Below, in pieces: positions 27,236 to 39,871 of a stretch of DNA of 64,000 nucleotides. The stretch is taken from positions 1-64,000 of the forward strand of contig JAPETS010000046.1 of NCBI GenBank assembly GCA_026023565.1. Direction: 5' to 3'. The notes below the pieces were generated by a model, which was not told the origin of the DNA, searched no databases, and saw only the letters and a program-made list of their open reading frames with translations. The position numbers and the translations under genes are program-made. Position 1 is the stretch's first letter. Each line of letters starts with the position of its first letter. The stretch comes from Cirrosporium novae-zelandiae. Its lineage: Eukaryota.

Positions 27236-29005
27236 ATGATGAGCGGCATTGAAGGCATCGCGGGTTTAATCATTGGCGCAGTTCCTCTCGTCATATGCAC
27301 CCTTGAATGCTACAAAGAGACTCGACAGACCTGGGACTATATGCGGAACAGTGACCTTTACATTGATCGATTCATTCTGGAATTAAATGAGCAAATGGTG
27401 CTGGTTGAAGCTGACCTCCAAGTTTTGTTAACAGCGGTGGGCCTTGGGGACGAGGTTGACTTGTCTAAGAGCTGCGGGCGCGAGGTTTTCGAGAAAAATG
27501 ACACCGAGGAGGAACTCCAAGAATATCTGGGCCCTATATATACTCCGTACCACAACGCCCTGTTTCAGTGTGAGCGAATTATAGACGAATTCGCCAGGGA
27601 TATTGGCGCTTTTATTCCGAAGTCTCCAGTAAATAAATCGAAATACTGAATAAGAATCATAGACTAACACATATTTAAGGATAATAAGGGAAACCCGAGC
27701 GACCTCGAAGCGGGTTCAAGCTTTCGGCAAGATTTTAAATTCGTTAACGCGATCAAATTTGCTTGCAAAAGGAAAAACTTTTCTAAACGAATGCGCAAAC
27801 TAGAGAGTGCGAGAGCGAGGCTACAACGTTTGAGCGTGTGCGGAAAGGCCTTGATGGAACAGCCTATCCTCTCTTCCTCGAAGACTGTAGTTAAGCTTAC
27901 TTCTGCCTTTACCAGGGTCCAAAGCCATGCAAGTCGTCTATACTCAGCAATCTCTCGAGGGTGGATAGCTAGCTGTCATTCCGCCCATGGCTCAAGCCTG
28001 TATCTCGAAAGTCGCGAGGCCTTATTGCAACGGCAATCGAAGCTTAAGAGATTAAAGCGACCGACCCTGGCATTCAAAATGCTTCTATCCTCCATTACAA
28101 ATCTTGCAACCAAAGATACATTATGGCAGGAGACCAACGTCGAGGTACTAGAAAATGATAATTATAACCCTCCAATGTGCTCGAAACAGCAAGAACCGCG
28201 GCGTTCTGTTACGGTTCAGCTGTCTACTCCAAGATCCATTGATTCCCACCGCACTGAAGCTCATGATCTTTGCGTGGCAATTGATAAGGCAAGGCAGGAA
28301 AAAATCTGCCTCCAACTGTTTTTATCAAATCCCGCAAATCTATACTTATCTCAAACGGTGGTTAAAACTAGCGCATCACCACATTTTGTGGCCAAAGCCC
28401 CAGAATTCGTTACATTGGAACAAGCTTTTTTCGACGCCGAAAATCACGAAGCCTTAGATAACTGGACGCTGATGGAACGTCTGACTTTATCGTTCAACTT
28501 GGCCTCGTCGTTGTTGCAGTTGTACCTGACTCCATGGTCAGCTGAACCTTGGACGAAGAGATCAATATGCTTCTTGAAGACTTTCCCTCAGCAATCCAGC
28601 GCCGCAGTCCCGGATATTTTCGAGGCACAAAATCCACTAGTCACACATCTATTCAACGCCAACCAATCCAGCATTCCCTTGATGCGTGACGCAAGACGAT
28701 CCCTACTCGAGCTTGGCATTATGCTTCTTGAGATATGGGAGAAGAAAACATTTGAATCTTACGCGAAGGTGTCACAGAAGACGCTCGACGATGATTCAAC
28801 TGGACGACGGTCTGATGTTGCACGCCTATGGCTCGACAATATAAAAGCCAATGTCATACCATTGTACTACGACGCCGTGAGCCGATGCATCGAATGTACA
28901 TTTGCGACCAGCTCCTCCTCCCCGGACTGGGACGACGTCGATTTCAGAAAGTCTGTCTGTGAACGTGTCTTAAGACCTCTGTGGGAGCTCCTTGGTAATA
29001 AGTGA
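27236..29005 (+). CDS. HeLo-like N-terminal domain + C-terminal kinase-C-lobe-like (DUF7580-type) domain protein (intron ~27630-27679)
   Basis: MSGIEGIAGLIIGAVPLVICTLECY N-terminal helix; ASRLYSAISRGW..CHSAH; ERLTLSFNLASSLLQLYLTPW; LLELGIMLLEI; YYDAVSRCI; VCERVLRPL; the two exons are in frame. Confidence 0.75.
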
Positions 29006-29039
29006 AGGCTTGTCGATGGCTTGTGCGTCAGGTTGAGGT

Positions 29040-29174
29040 CAGAGACAGGAATAGACCAGACCGATCAGACCACCCTCTTCGCTCTAGTCGGTCTATAAAC
29101 AAGGAAGCTTGGTCTCGTCAGTCTACTCGGTCGGAGTAAGACCATCTATTTGACCTAGTCGACTCCGTTCCCTG
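29040..29174. mobile_element. hAT-like MITE, 135 bp
   Basis: Flanked by the 8-bp near-identical direct repeat GTTGAGGT/GTTGAGGC; imperfect TIRs CAGAGACAGGAATAGAC vs CAGGGAACGGAGTCGAC (12/17); internal AGACC/GGTCT motifs. Confidence 0.6.
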
Positions 29175-29432
29175 GTTGAGGCTCATAAAATAATTTTATG
29201 AATAATGTTATAACGAAATTACGGTATTAGTTATTGAAGTAGAACAATGCCTCCAAAACTGCTAAGCTAGAATTATATTACGACTTGTCCAACTAAGACA
29301 CCGTCCCTCTGTCCAAAGCTTTAGACATACGATATCATCCAAAGAAGGGAAGATCCATGAAATCTTCTATACACTAAAAATACCAAATTTCCTCCCATAA
29401 AAAGAATAAAAGAAAGCAAAACCAATTGTTAG

Positions 29433-29585
29433 CAGTATTGGCAATAGACCGACCAGACCAAGGGAGTCGGTCTGGTCGGGCTATCAAAACCCGAGGCCCG
29501 GTCTAGTCCCTTGGTCGGTCTGGTCGGTCTAAGAGTTTATGGTAAACCGTCTAATTATTTGGTCCAGTCTCTATTACCAACACCG
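29433..29585. mobile_element. Second related MITE-like element, ~153 bp, with internal foldback
   Basis: TIRs CAGTATTGGCAATAGA / CGGTGTTGGTAATAGA (13/16); internal hairpin AGACCGACCAGACCAAGGGA...TCCCTTGGTCGGTCTGGTCGGTCT at 29446-29530; no clear TSD. Confidence 0.55.
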
Positions 29586-29976
29586 GAGATGGATATATAT
29601 ATATACATCCCACAATCGCATAATCAGCGGGAAAACAATAGAAACCTAAGATGTTCTAAATTGTTAAGGGCAGCGATTAACTTAAAAAACTGGGGCCTTG
29701 TGGAACTTTTCGGTTATCTATCGATAGGATTGCGCTAGTATATGACATGTACATTTTTTGGCTAAGCGATCATGCAAGGGAGTTAGAAGAAGAATGTTAA
29801 ATAAATAAGGACCGCCGCTGGCCTGACTTACTAGCTAGGTAGGCATCAGAGTAAAGAACGTTCTCTTCTATTATAGAACCCCCACCTTCAATCAAAGTTC
29901 TTCTCTTAAGATTTATCTTGAAAACTCTCCTCTTAGTTTTAATTTTTTGAAGCAATCGTTACTGTTACCGTAAGTA

Positions 29977-29983
29977 ATGTCTA

Positions 29984-30014
<31 letters not shown>

Positions 30015-30939
30015 GGCGACGGCATCAACGTTTATACTCCCCGACGGCCGCACCCTAGGCTACGGTACTTATGGCGCCGCCCTAGCAGACTCAGCGCACC
30101 TACCAATCTTCTACTTCCACAGCTATCCCGCCTGCCGACTCGAGTGCGGTCTCTGGCATAGTTCCGCTCTCAAGCTAAATATAAATCTCATAGCCATCGA
30201 CCGACCTGGCATGGGTCTCTCGACGTTCCAGGAGGGGCGGAAGATACTTGACTGGCCGGACGATGTACTCTCACTGGCGGACCATCTTAAAATAAAGGAG
30301 TTTGGCGTGTTGGGTCTTTCGGGAGGGGGGCCTTATGTCCTGGCTTGTGTGAAAGCCATACCAAAAGATAGGTTGAAGACTGCGGCGCTGGTTTCGGGAT
30401 TATATCCCACAAGTCTAGGAACAGGCGGCATGCTGTTTAAGAGCCGGGTGCTTCTATATGTCGCGCCGTGGGTTCCCGGTCTCCTCACCGGCGTAGTCGA
30501 CCTCACCATGGGACGCGCCGCTCGGGACAAGACACACCCAGAGAAGTTCGCGCAGCTGGTAGAGGCGGAGATGGTAGGCGACGACAAGCCTGCGGTCGAC
30601 AAGGAGTGTTTTCGAAAAATCGTAGAAGACCCCGCGCTCCGGTCTGCGTTTGTGGAGTCCGTGCGGGACAGCATGAGCACGTCGGCGCAGGGGGCGGTCT
30701 GGGAAGCTGCGCTCAATGGCGGGGATTGGGGGTTCGAGCTGGGGGATGTGGATGCCCGGAGGCTTGTTACTTGGCATGGCGCTTTGGATGTAAATGTGCC
30801 GGTTGCGATGGCCGATAAGGCTGCAACGATGCTTGAGGGGGTGGAGTATAAGAGATTTGAGGAGGAGGCGCATTTTAGCCTCGCTGTTGGTCATTTAGAT
30901 GAGATTCTGACGGGCCTTGTGGAAGGGGCACGGCAGTAG
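29977..30939 (+). CDS. Alpha/beta-fold hydrolase, intronless; N-terminal poly-Ala encoded by (GCA)9
   Basis: LPDGRTLGY, IAIDRPGMGLS, nucleophile elbow GLSGGG, WHGALD.NVP (Asp), EEAHFS (His). Confidence 0.92.
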
Positions 30940-32308
30940 TAGACGGGACGGCTCGGGGGATAGAAGATAGGATCTATCGATTGCGGGTACCGAGAAACCT
31001 TTATCGGACAGACATGCCTCACGTCTATAGACTCCTCGGAGACAGGATTCCAAAGCTCACCGCCAACATGCGGTAGTTTAATTTAAAAAAGGAGGGCATA
31101 CTAGTCTATTATGTATGTCAGTACACTTCTGTTCCCCCCCTGGCTCAGTTAACTGCACGCACTAAAACAAACCTTTCTTCAAGTTGTCTAGGAAATATCC
31201 ATTTTAGTGAGTGTATACATAATAATATCAGCCTTACCATTCATTCCCTAAGCTCGGGGGGGAGGGGAGGCGCTCCAGGACACATTAACAATATTAGCCT
31301 CAGTCGAACCACACGTAAAAATACTTTTTACTTGTACAGTACACGGTCGTATGAACTTTACAGGGTCTCATAGCACATACAGTACAACACCAACTAATTA
31401 ATCACACTACTTTGTTCCCTCACCATTTTCCCACGGAATATCTAGTAGTATAGTCTAACTAAAGAAAGAATTTATAACCATAAACCCAACAATATAGTAA
31501 TAATAAAAATAGAATAATCACAATTGATATCACGGATACCAAGTCATATATATACACATGACGTCATGTAATTACATGTATCCCAGGTAGATTAGACCTT
31601 AAATCAACATTAATTATCTACCTCAAAAGGGCCTGGAGGCTGGCGCCTGATGTGAAGGTAGAAACTGCGATGAGGCTTATGCGACGAGCAGGGCTGTGAG
31701 GCTTGCATTATTGCAATATTTCAGTAATCTTTATTAAACTAAGCCCGGTCAAGGTAGCTTGCTTTTGAATGTTATAACAACGATTTGAAAGCAAAGTAAG
31801 ACGAAGTGACCTGGACAATACAACTTCCGTGTTGCTCATATCACAAGTGTACAAAATAGGCGATTTTACAAGGGGCAATTATTTTAGCCGTACTCTACGC
31901 ATGGAAGTGGCGCGATTTATTGATGACCTAGCTCTTATTTTCCCAGTAGCTGAATAGCTCCTTAGTATAAGCTCCTTTGTTCGGTATTTGAACATTGCCC
32001 AAGATTGAGGATGTCAGCGAGGCTGCAAGGCTCCGTTTTGGCCCATTTTTGACGACTGTCGAGAGGGAAGTAATTCCAGTCATATCTAGTCTAGACGTAA
32101 CCGCTCACCCAGCCTGTTTAGTTAAAGCCATTGCCCTCTCGGAATTAATTGCAAGTTTTCTCACTAAACTTTCCCACTCAATGTCAGGCCTTTACAAGCA
32201 GTTTCATATTTTTCAATTTGATCACTTCACGGAGTATTAAATTATTCCTAAGTTGTCAGACATTGTTGTCCTGACTAGGTCAAGAGCGCGAAGAGTCATC
32301 CGATTTCC

Positions 32309-34792
32309 AATGGCAATTATGGACACACCTATTCGATATCAGGTCATCTACAAGGACGATGACGAGAAATTGGTTAAAGGACCGTATTCTCACACAAATC
32401 CTGGGGTAAAGGAGGATTCCGATGCATCTAATGATAGTCTTGCACCAACTTCTGTCCTAGATCTCATAATTCATGTCACAATACAAGACATTGTCGAGAC
32501 GAAGGCCATCAACACCGAGGTAGATGCGGCCAAAGCAAGCGCAGCAACAGAAAAAAAAGAGGTGGATGTTGAAGATGTTACAGCAGCGCCCACCAAGAAT
32601 TCTTTCAAGATTAGAAAAGTCAATTTTTCGGTAATGGTAATCAGGTCTCAGGCTCTCATTGATGCCTTGCGAGCTGTGGTGACATACTATCCAAAGCAAG
32701 CGATCACTGGAGACAAGATAACCGTCAATGAGCCTTACTATTTCATACTCCATCATATGAAAGACCTTGAGAAATACGTGGGTGATACCGAGGAGGCGAA
32801 CGTAGTAGTAAATGGGGATGTAAACAGGGATGTGAAATGCGACTTAAGTAATGGGGTACCAGAAAAAAAAGATGCAAGTCCCCTCCAGCATGACTTCCAA
32901 GTACTCAAGTCTTTCATTGACACAAGGTGGGCCAAAAAGATTAAAAGGGAGCCAGAGCGGCACAGGCAGGATCCTCCTGTCGTAACATACGAGATGTTGT
33001 TGATGTTGTTCAAGCCAGGCACAAGGGTTTTCGTTCGCGACGACGATGAGGAAGATCAAGTAGGCGGTTGGATAGTCCGTTCAATCAAGTGGGATGCCTC
33101 GAACAGCACCTATAAGCTAGGCATATGGAATCTCGACTTTGACGGGATATTCAGAACCCCTGAGCTAATAAACCTCATCTTAACTAATATGTAGGACACT
33201 ATCTCTCTCAAGCGAAAAGGAAATTCTGGGTGGAAAAATTCGACGGGGAGCACGAGATATCATTACTATATGTGTATCCCGTGGATCTATTGATTGACGG
33301 CAAAAATGTACCGCTTAATCCAAAAGCCCCAGAAAGGTTAGAGAAGCGAGGTGAAAAGTACTGGGGCTTTGTCCAGGAGATCTTTAAGAAGGGCTCGGTA
33401 CAGGTGAATCATAGTGGCGAAATAATCGGCGAGACAAAGCTGAAGGTAATGCCCACTCTTGCAGCCAGATTGCAATCTAATGTCTGAGCTACTAGTACTA
33501 CAATGGCAATGCAATCCTGGACCCTAAAGCCTATTTTTCCTCATCTAACGCTTTAGAACCTCGTTGGCTCTTCGACAATGACAGAAGATTCGCAACCAAG
33601 ACCAATAACCCTCTCATCGAGGAGAAAGGGATGTGGGACGACTATAAATTTATCACAGCGGAGTCCACGGAGAGTCATGAGGCTGAGTTGGGTAAAGGGC
33701 ATTTCTTCCTCTGCCCGGCAACAATTGGTGGCTTCATTATTCGGCGCCGAGAATTCTGTACGGATATTGTTCCGATTGTAGAAAGACTTTGATGTGCTAA
33801 CTTCAAATTAGCTGCAATGAGGATCGACAACATTAATCCTCATTCAATCGACGAAAATATCTTAAAGAACCTACAGATACCTCAAGAGCATCTGGATATG
33901 ATTACCGCGCTAACTCATAAGTATGACGATAAAGGTAAAACCTGGTCTGCGGATTTTATCGCGAGCAAGGGCGAAGGATTGATATTCTTGTTACATGGGC
34001 CATCTGGAGTCGGAAAGGCATATACCGCAGAATGCATTGCAACATACACAGGCAAGCCTTATGATTCTCCAAAAGAACCTGTACTGAACATCCCTAGGTC
34101 GCCCTCTTCTGGCTCTAACTGTTGCAGACGTCGGTACGTAAGCCATTGTCCGTCTGCCGGCATAATCTAATGACCAATAGGTACAAACGAGAGTGAAATG
34201 AAAAAAGAGCTAGCTAAATGGTTCAACTTATCAGAGACTTGGGGGGCTATCATGCTGATTGACGAGGCCGATGTCTACTTTGAGCGCCGAGCAAGTGGCC
34301 AGCTACAGCGGAACAGCCTTGTGTCAGTATTCCTAAGGTCTATGGAATACTATCGCGGCATTCTCTATCTGACGGTAAGTTCCGCTTGTCTGAAATATTG
34401 CACTGAGGCGATACCGAACCCCCTCACGAGGGTAGAAAATTTAGACACTTAAGATCTAACAGAAATCCATTAGACAAATTGTCTAGGACATATAGATGAT
34501 GCGATTCTTAGCCGAATTCATCTCATAATCGAATATAAGGACTTGACCGACGATGATCGCATGAAGATCTGGAAACAATTTTTCACAAAACTAGCCAATG
34601 ATAGGAGCGACTGCAGTGTCGACGAGTACAGATATGTCTGCTGCGTTCAAAAAGTACATGAAGGACTTTAAAGGAGATGAAGATAGACGGGCATTCGTAG
34701 AGGGTTCAAGAATGGACGATGGTATGAAACGAAAGAAGGACCAGTTGGATACAGCAAAGAAAATAGCACGACAAAGTCGACAGCAATTGTAA
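32309..34792 (+). pseudogene. Fungal AAA+ ATPase with long N-terminal domain, probably inactivated
   Basis: ADFIASKGEGLIFLLHGPSGVGKAYTAE (Walker A), MLIDEADVY (Walker B), RNSLVSVFLR..EYYRGIL, DDAILSRIH. Defects: donor GGATAT at ~33145, GKT>GKA, TNR>TNC, lid segment missing with a frameshift ~34620. Confidence 0.75.
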
Positions 34793-35045
34793 GGAATAAA
34801 GATAGAACCTTGCTCGAGTATAAGTTGAACGGCGGCGGATAATAGTGGTTCCGGCTTGCGCTACGCGTAGTCGGCCGAGACTAGTTTTTAGAATAGTCCA
34901 TGTGGTCGGGGAATGATAGACCGACCTTATTGAGACTCGGTGTACAGTATCTTGACGGTTCATTCAAAACATTATATTTTGTAGCTAATTGCTTTTTCTC
35001 CTTTTCTCCTTTTATCATGTATCTGTTTCTTAGTTTTTTCTTTAT

Positions 35046-37841
35046 TTAATCTTCTTTGTTCTTTTCTATCCGGCGTTCTCCATCTTCCTCCTCCTGTCTT
35101 TGATCCTGCTTTTTCTCATCCTCAACAGCCTCATCAACCTCATCAACTTCCGCTTCCTCACCTGTCCCTCCAACATATTTATCCAGCACCTTTTTCCTAA
35201 TTTCATCATCTGTATCACCTCTGCTAATCTTACTCTCACTCTCATCGTTTTCGCTATCACTTTCTTCACTCTGGGTTTCGTCGCTCGAGGAAGTCTTGGA
35301 AGATGGGTTGATGACCGACTCAATGGGTGAGCGCATGCGGACATGCGACGATCGTGGGGGTGTGGTGCGGCCTCTACCGCTCGAGGTACGATTCCTTTCC
35401 ATTTCATTGTAACGGTCAGACTCTCCAGAGACCGATGGGTGGTCAATTTTGCGTAGTCGTTCGTAGGAGCCTGAGCGGGCCGGGCTGAAACCCTGGTAAG
35501 GCGTATATGCTTCCCTATTATTGGGGTCATGGGAGAAGGGGTAGAAAGGACGATATCTGGGAGAGGGCCTACTTTCTTCGTACCACATATTAGGTCCGGG
35601 AAAGTAGTCCCTCCGGTTGGAAAAAGGTGGGATAAAAGGATTGGGCATGTATGGTCCATAGGGGTCCCGTACTAGAATAAATAGTGTTAGTCAAATCCTA
35701 TTAATATAAAGGCAAAAGGTGCTAACAGGGTCCACCCTCATTATATGGATCATATGAGGAATGTCGAAAAGGACGTTGCGTTTCTCTAGGACTGGTTCCA
35801 TCCACTTTATTTACGGACTCGCTCCGGTAAACTTCAGGACCTTCAACATCATGAATTCCGTCTACCCCTAGTCCGTTGTCTCTTGATCTTGACCGCATAT
35901 TTGGAGGAGACCGGTATCGGTATGATGGAGACCGTCCAGTCGGTGTATCTGAACTCCTAGAACGACGCCTCGTTGTGATTGGGCTTGATTCATTCCGCGA
36001 ATATGAACGATCCGGCTCTTTGTACATGTATTCTGACTCGCTAGACAAGCTAGATGCATCTCCTTCGTCAACCGTTTGTCGTTTGAATATTACAAAAGCT
36101 CCTGCTTGACCTTCTTGAGTTACAAGACCTAGAAATCCTCGACGAGTTCTATTAATGATCCTGTCAGCATAGACAAGGACCCATTTATAGTTCTTGCGAT
36201 TCTTATCGTGAAGCCATTGAATGATACTGCTTTTACATCCTTCAGGGAGTAGATGAAACTCTTCATGGATGAGTCGCATTTTTTGGGGACGTCCTTTTCT
36301 TCCTTCTTCCCTTTCAATTAGGCGCTTCAACATCCATTGGTCTGGGATACCCATTTCGTACTGTTGAAACCCCCCTTTTTCGCTTGGCCCAAAATAACAA
36401 GCTTCAAACACCGCGAGACCTCCAACACCTGTTGAATCTTGGATAATGGATGGCAAGACTCTGTGAGCAGGGGCCTGACCAAGAGTAGTATTGCGAGACC
36501 GAAATATTCTAAGTGAACGGATTAGCAATCGTAAATCTAAGTAGCCATGCCACGTTATGTATGCAATCACCTTTTCAGCCTTGTAGAAAATCGACTGGAA
36601 GGTGGAGTTATTCCGGTTAGAGACAGTACACTATTTTCAAAATCCATATTTGTCGAACCAGCCGACTGAGCATCTATCATCAAAGCATGAAGAGGGTCGT
36701 CAACCGTCTTAGGAAACATGTCATCCAAGATCAATTCAATCTGCTTAGGAGGCAGCTTCCTTCTCACAAGTTCCTTGTGCCACTTGTTCTTGTCGTCTTG
36801 AATCCTCTTCTGCTTGGCTTTTGCCTCTTCCAAGGTTTTCTTCTTCCACTCTTCGATCAACTCTTCTCTTTCCTTTTCCCTTTTTGTTTTCTCCGACTTA
36901 ATTCGAAGCTGCTCGGCGTTGAATTCTTCTCGAAATATTTCTTCAAGTTCCGTCAATTTTTCATCGTTGTCAAGATCCAGGTCGTTGGGATCGATTGACC
37001 CGCGGTAGTCACGAGAGCCTCGTCTTAGCCGCCGAGTCCTTCGTGTGCTACCACGAGATCCCCCTATTCTTTTGTCTTTCTGCGCCCTCTTTTTTGTTTC
37101 TCGTAGTTCACGTTTTCTTATTAGCTCTTCCCGAACAAGGCCCGCAATACCTTCGGTGGCATTTCGTCTTATCATCGGACTCGAACTTAAGATTATGCAA
37201 TTAGCACCATGTCCCATGGCATAGTAGAGTGTACTTGGCTCATGGATGATTCGCTGCAATATTATAGGTATAGCTATTGGGGCATTGGAGGGTATTTGCA
37301 TCAGGTTTACAAGAGATGGCATACATAAGCCCAAGATGCTCCAGAAAAAAAATTGATTATAAACCGACTGGGTTCGGACCTACCCCGCTTTGGTCATATA
37401 GGATGAATGAGCGATCAAAATCCTGATCTGAATATCCATCAGATTTCGTTTATGAACTTCTAAATCTGGTTTAAGCCAAGGCCACTTTGCCTGACAAAAT
37501 AGAGTGACATCAATATCCTCTCGTTCTAGCCTGTCAGTTTTTGTTGATGTGGATTTCTGAAGTAATTTTCTAAGGTTCTCCACAATTTTCTCGGAGTCCG
37601 TAACACATTTTTGTGCATTCTTTAAACCGGCGTACGTCCAGCAATGTGTTATTTCATTTTTCTCGATCAGAGCATTAAGGTCGTTTAGTTGATAAAGAGT
37701 AGCTTGGATCTCGCTGGATAGAGCCGATATATCCTCACGAGCGTCGCGAAAGTCTGAAATATAAGAACTCAATGCTGTGGCAAGACTAAATCCAAGCTGA
37801 AGAACTCCAAGTACCGCACTAGCTTCTCCAATGACCGCCAT
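35046..37841 (-). CDS. HeLo-like/STAND-N-terminal domain protein with coiled coil and R/S-rich, acidic disordered tail (about 4 exons)
   Basis: MAVIGEASAVLGVLQLGFSLATALSSYISDFRDAREDISALSSEI..AKWPWLKPDLE; E/K-rich helix; plausible introns ~37186-37383, ~36509-36570, ~35672-35735. Confidence 0.72.
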
Positions 37842-39871
37842 CGTATCCTGTTGGGAAAAACATTAATTAGATCATCTTAACTGGCAAACATTTTCGTACG
37901 ATGAACAAACGAACATTAAAGTGAGTGAAGAATCTTTGAAAATGCGACAAGATGTTTTGCAGGAATAATGGAAATCCGGTCCTTCTTAATGTTCAGCCAC
38001 ATCTATTAACCAGGGCATAGCTCATCAGCATCGCTATTTTAGTACGACAATCCCAATTAAAGTTCTTTTCCAATGGTCGAGCAAAAGGATAAAGCGACGG
38101 AATGAATTTTGTGCTTGGATGAATAACAGTAGTTGTCCGGTATAAGTTGCCATGCTATCCAAAACGAGAATTTTGGTGCTTACAGTCAGGACACTAACGA
38201 CGAAAAATATGCACACAAAACCGAAATAGGAAATATTATTTCAGCCTCGTCAAGGCACTCGTATCGATCGAGATGTCAGGCACAAATACAGAAAAAGAAA
38301 AGCAAACTTGATAAAAGATAAGTATTTGTGAAAGGCTGAGCCTAAGTTTGATGTCCTTGAGTGGAGCTCATCATGCCAATTTTTGTAGCTGCCCATACAC
38401 CCTCCAGCCTCTAGAACGTTGGCATTAGTTACCCCGCAGAGCTCTTTTGCACGTTGCACAGGTTGTACTGTTACAAGGTTAGTGCTTACATAAAATCGTC
38501 GATCGGACCATTGGTGTGTTTGACCAGATGTGTACTCGAGTAGAAACTGAAGATTAATTGTGGGAGTAGAAACCGACAATAAGAAGCGAGGCGCACAGGC
38601 CTCCAGAATCATCACATGATAGGCTAAGCCCTTAGGGCATTGCAACATATTCAGTTCTAGAGTAATCCATATCAGCAACCTGTGATCCCTAGGTCACTCA
38701 CTACTTCCTTATAATGGAATAGGTTGGGTACTATTTAAACTCTTAACACCGTATTGTATATTATATATGGACACGCTAACATAATTATTGCTCCCACTTA
38801 TTTGTTCCATTGTTTGCTTCAGTTGGTTAACCACAACTGAATATCCAAGTTCAAGTGAAGCGTTTAGATTCGGATTCAAGATTGTTTAGACGCCGTCAAC
38901 ATGAATGTATGGCTAGATGAATAGGGGCGAGCCATGGTCGGTCGGATCATATCAGCTCTAGTTCGGTTACCAACTAGCTGTCCCCTGGGGGTTTATCACT
39001 CACGATTGGTTAAGTACGTTTGGTTTCAGGCTTCTAGTTTAGATAATGGCAAGTAGTAGTTGTTATTGGAAATAAAGAATCCCTATTAACATGGGAATAG
39101 TGACTCCATTTTTTATCGTTGTAATGGTGCAGTGTGATTGTTTCGAGCCGCGCCAAGGCTCCCTCAGGAAAACTCTTCATGATTTTTGTATGTTCGGATT
39201 TTATATAGGTACCTGAAAGCCCACCTTCGTTAATTTCTTTCGGATATTATAATTGGGATAATTAGGATAATAAACAGCGGAATACTGCAGGTTATTCCGA
39301 CTAAAATGCCGCATGCCTAAATAGAATGTTGGTAGTGAGGCTCGGGGGCCTGGTGGAAATTATCACCGAAACCTCCGCCCATACCCTGATGTAGGTATTA
39401 TATAATTATTGATTGGCTTATCAAGCCCCCACTTAGTTGTATAGCCAATAAGACAAACCCTCTGTCACATACATAACGGAGAGTACAGGCTACCTGATGA
39501 ATTGTGGCTGGCTGGCTAAACGGATTGCCCTTCCAGTCGTGCTATAGAAGATGAGAGAACCTGTCTTCTCTGAAACTATTAAGGCTGATGGTGCTATGGA
39601 GCCACATTTTCTTGGCTGCATATTCTCTTTTTGATTGCCTCGGGGGCTGCAAGAGGGGTGGGGAGGCATAGGGGCTCTATTTATTTGATCGATGTCCAGT
39701 TTACACACAACCTGTTGTTCAGCCTTGTGCCATTGGAGAGAGTTGGTTCTTGCACGGCACTGCTCGTCTGATTTTATATGCCCCATCGAAAGCTGTAATT
39801 GTTTTGCAAGGAGTATACTGATATAGAACGATTCAAGCCTATATTTTCCACCACTCCCATCCCTCGTCATC

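Noticed and set aside
29446..29530. Repeats as a CRISPR array or bacterial terminator
   Set aside because: Eukaryotic context with no repeat-spacer periodicity; explained as a MITE foldback
30333..30894. Antisense and alternative-frame ORFs over the hydrolase (likewise over ASST, MFS, UBP3 and ERG4)
   Set aside because: Shadow ORFs produced by the codon bias of the real genes
14147..37841. Amyloid signalling motifs (HET-s, sigma or PP type) attached to the HeLo-like proteins
   Set aside because: No G/N/Q-rich pseudo-repeat termini were visible in any of these proteins
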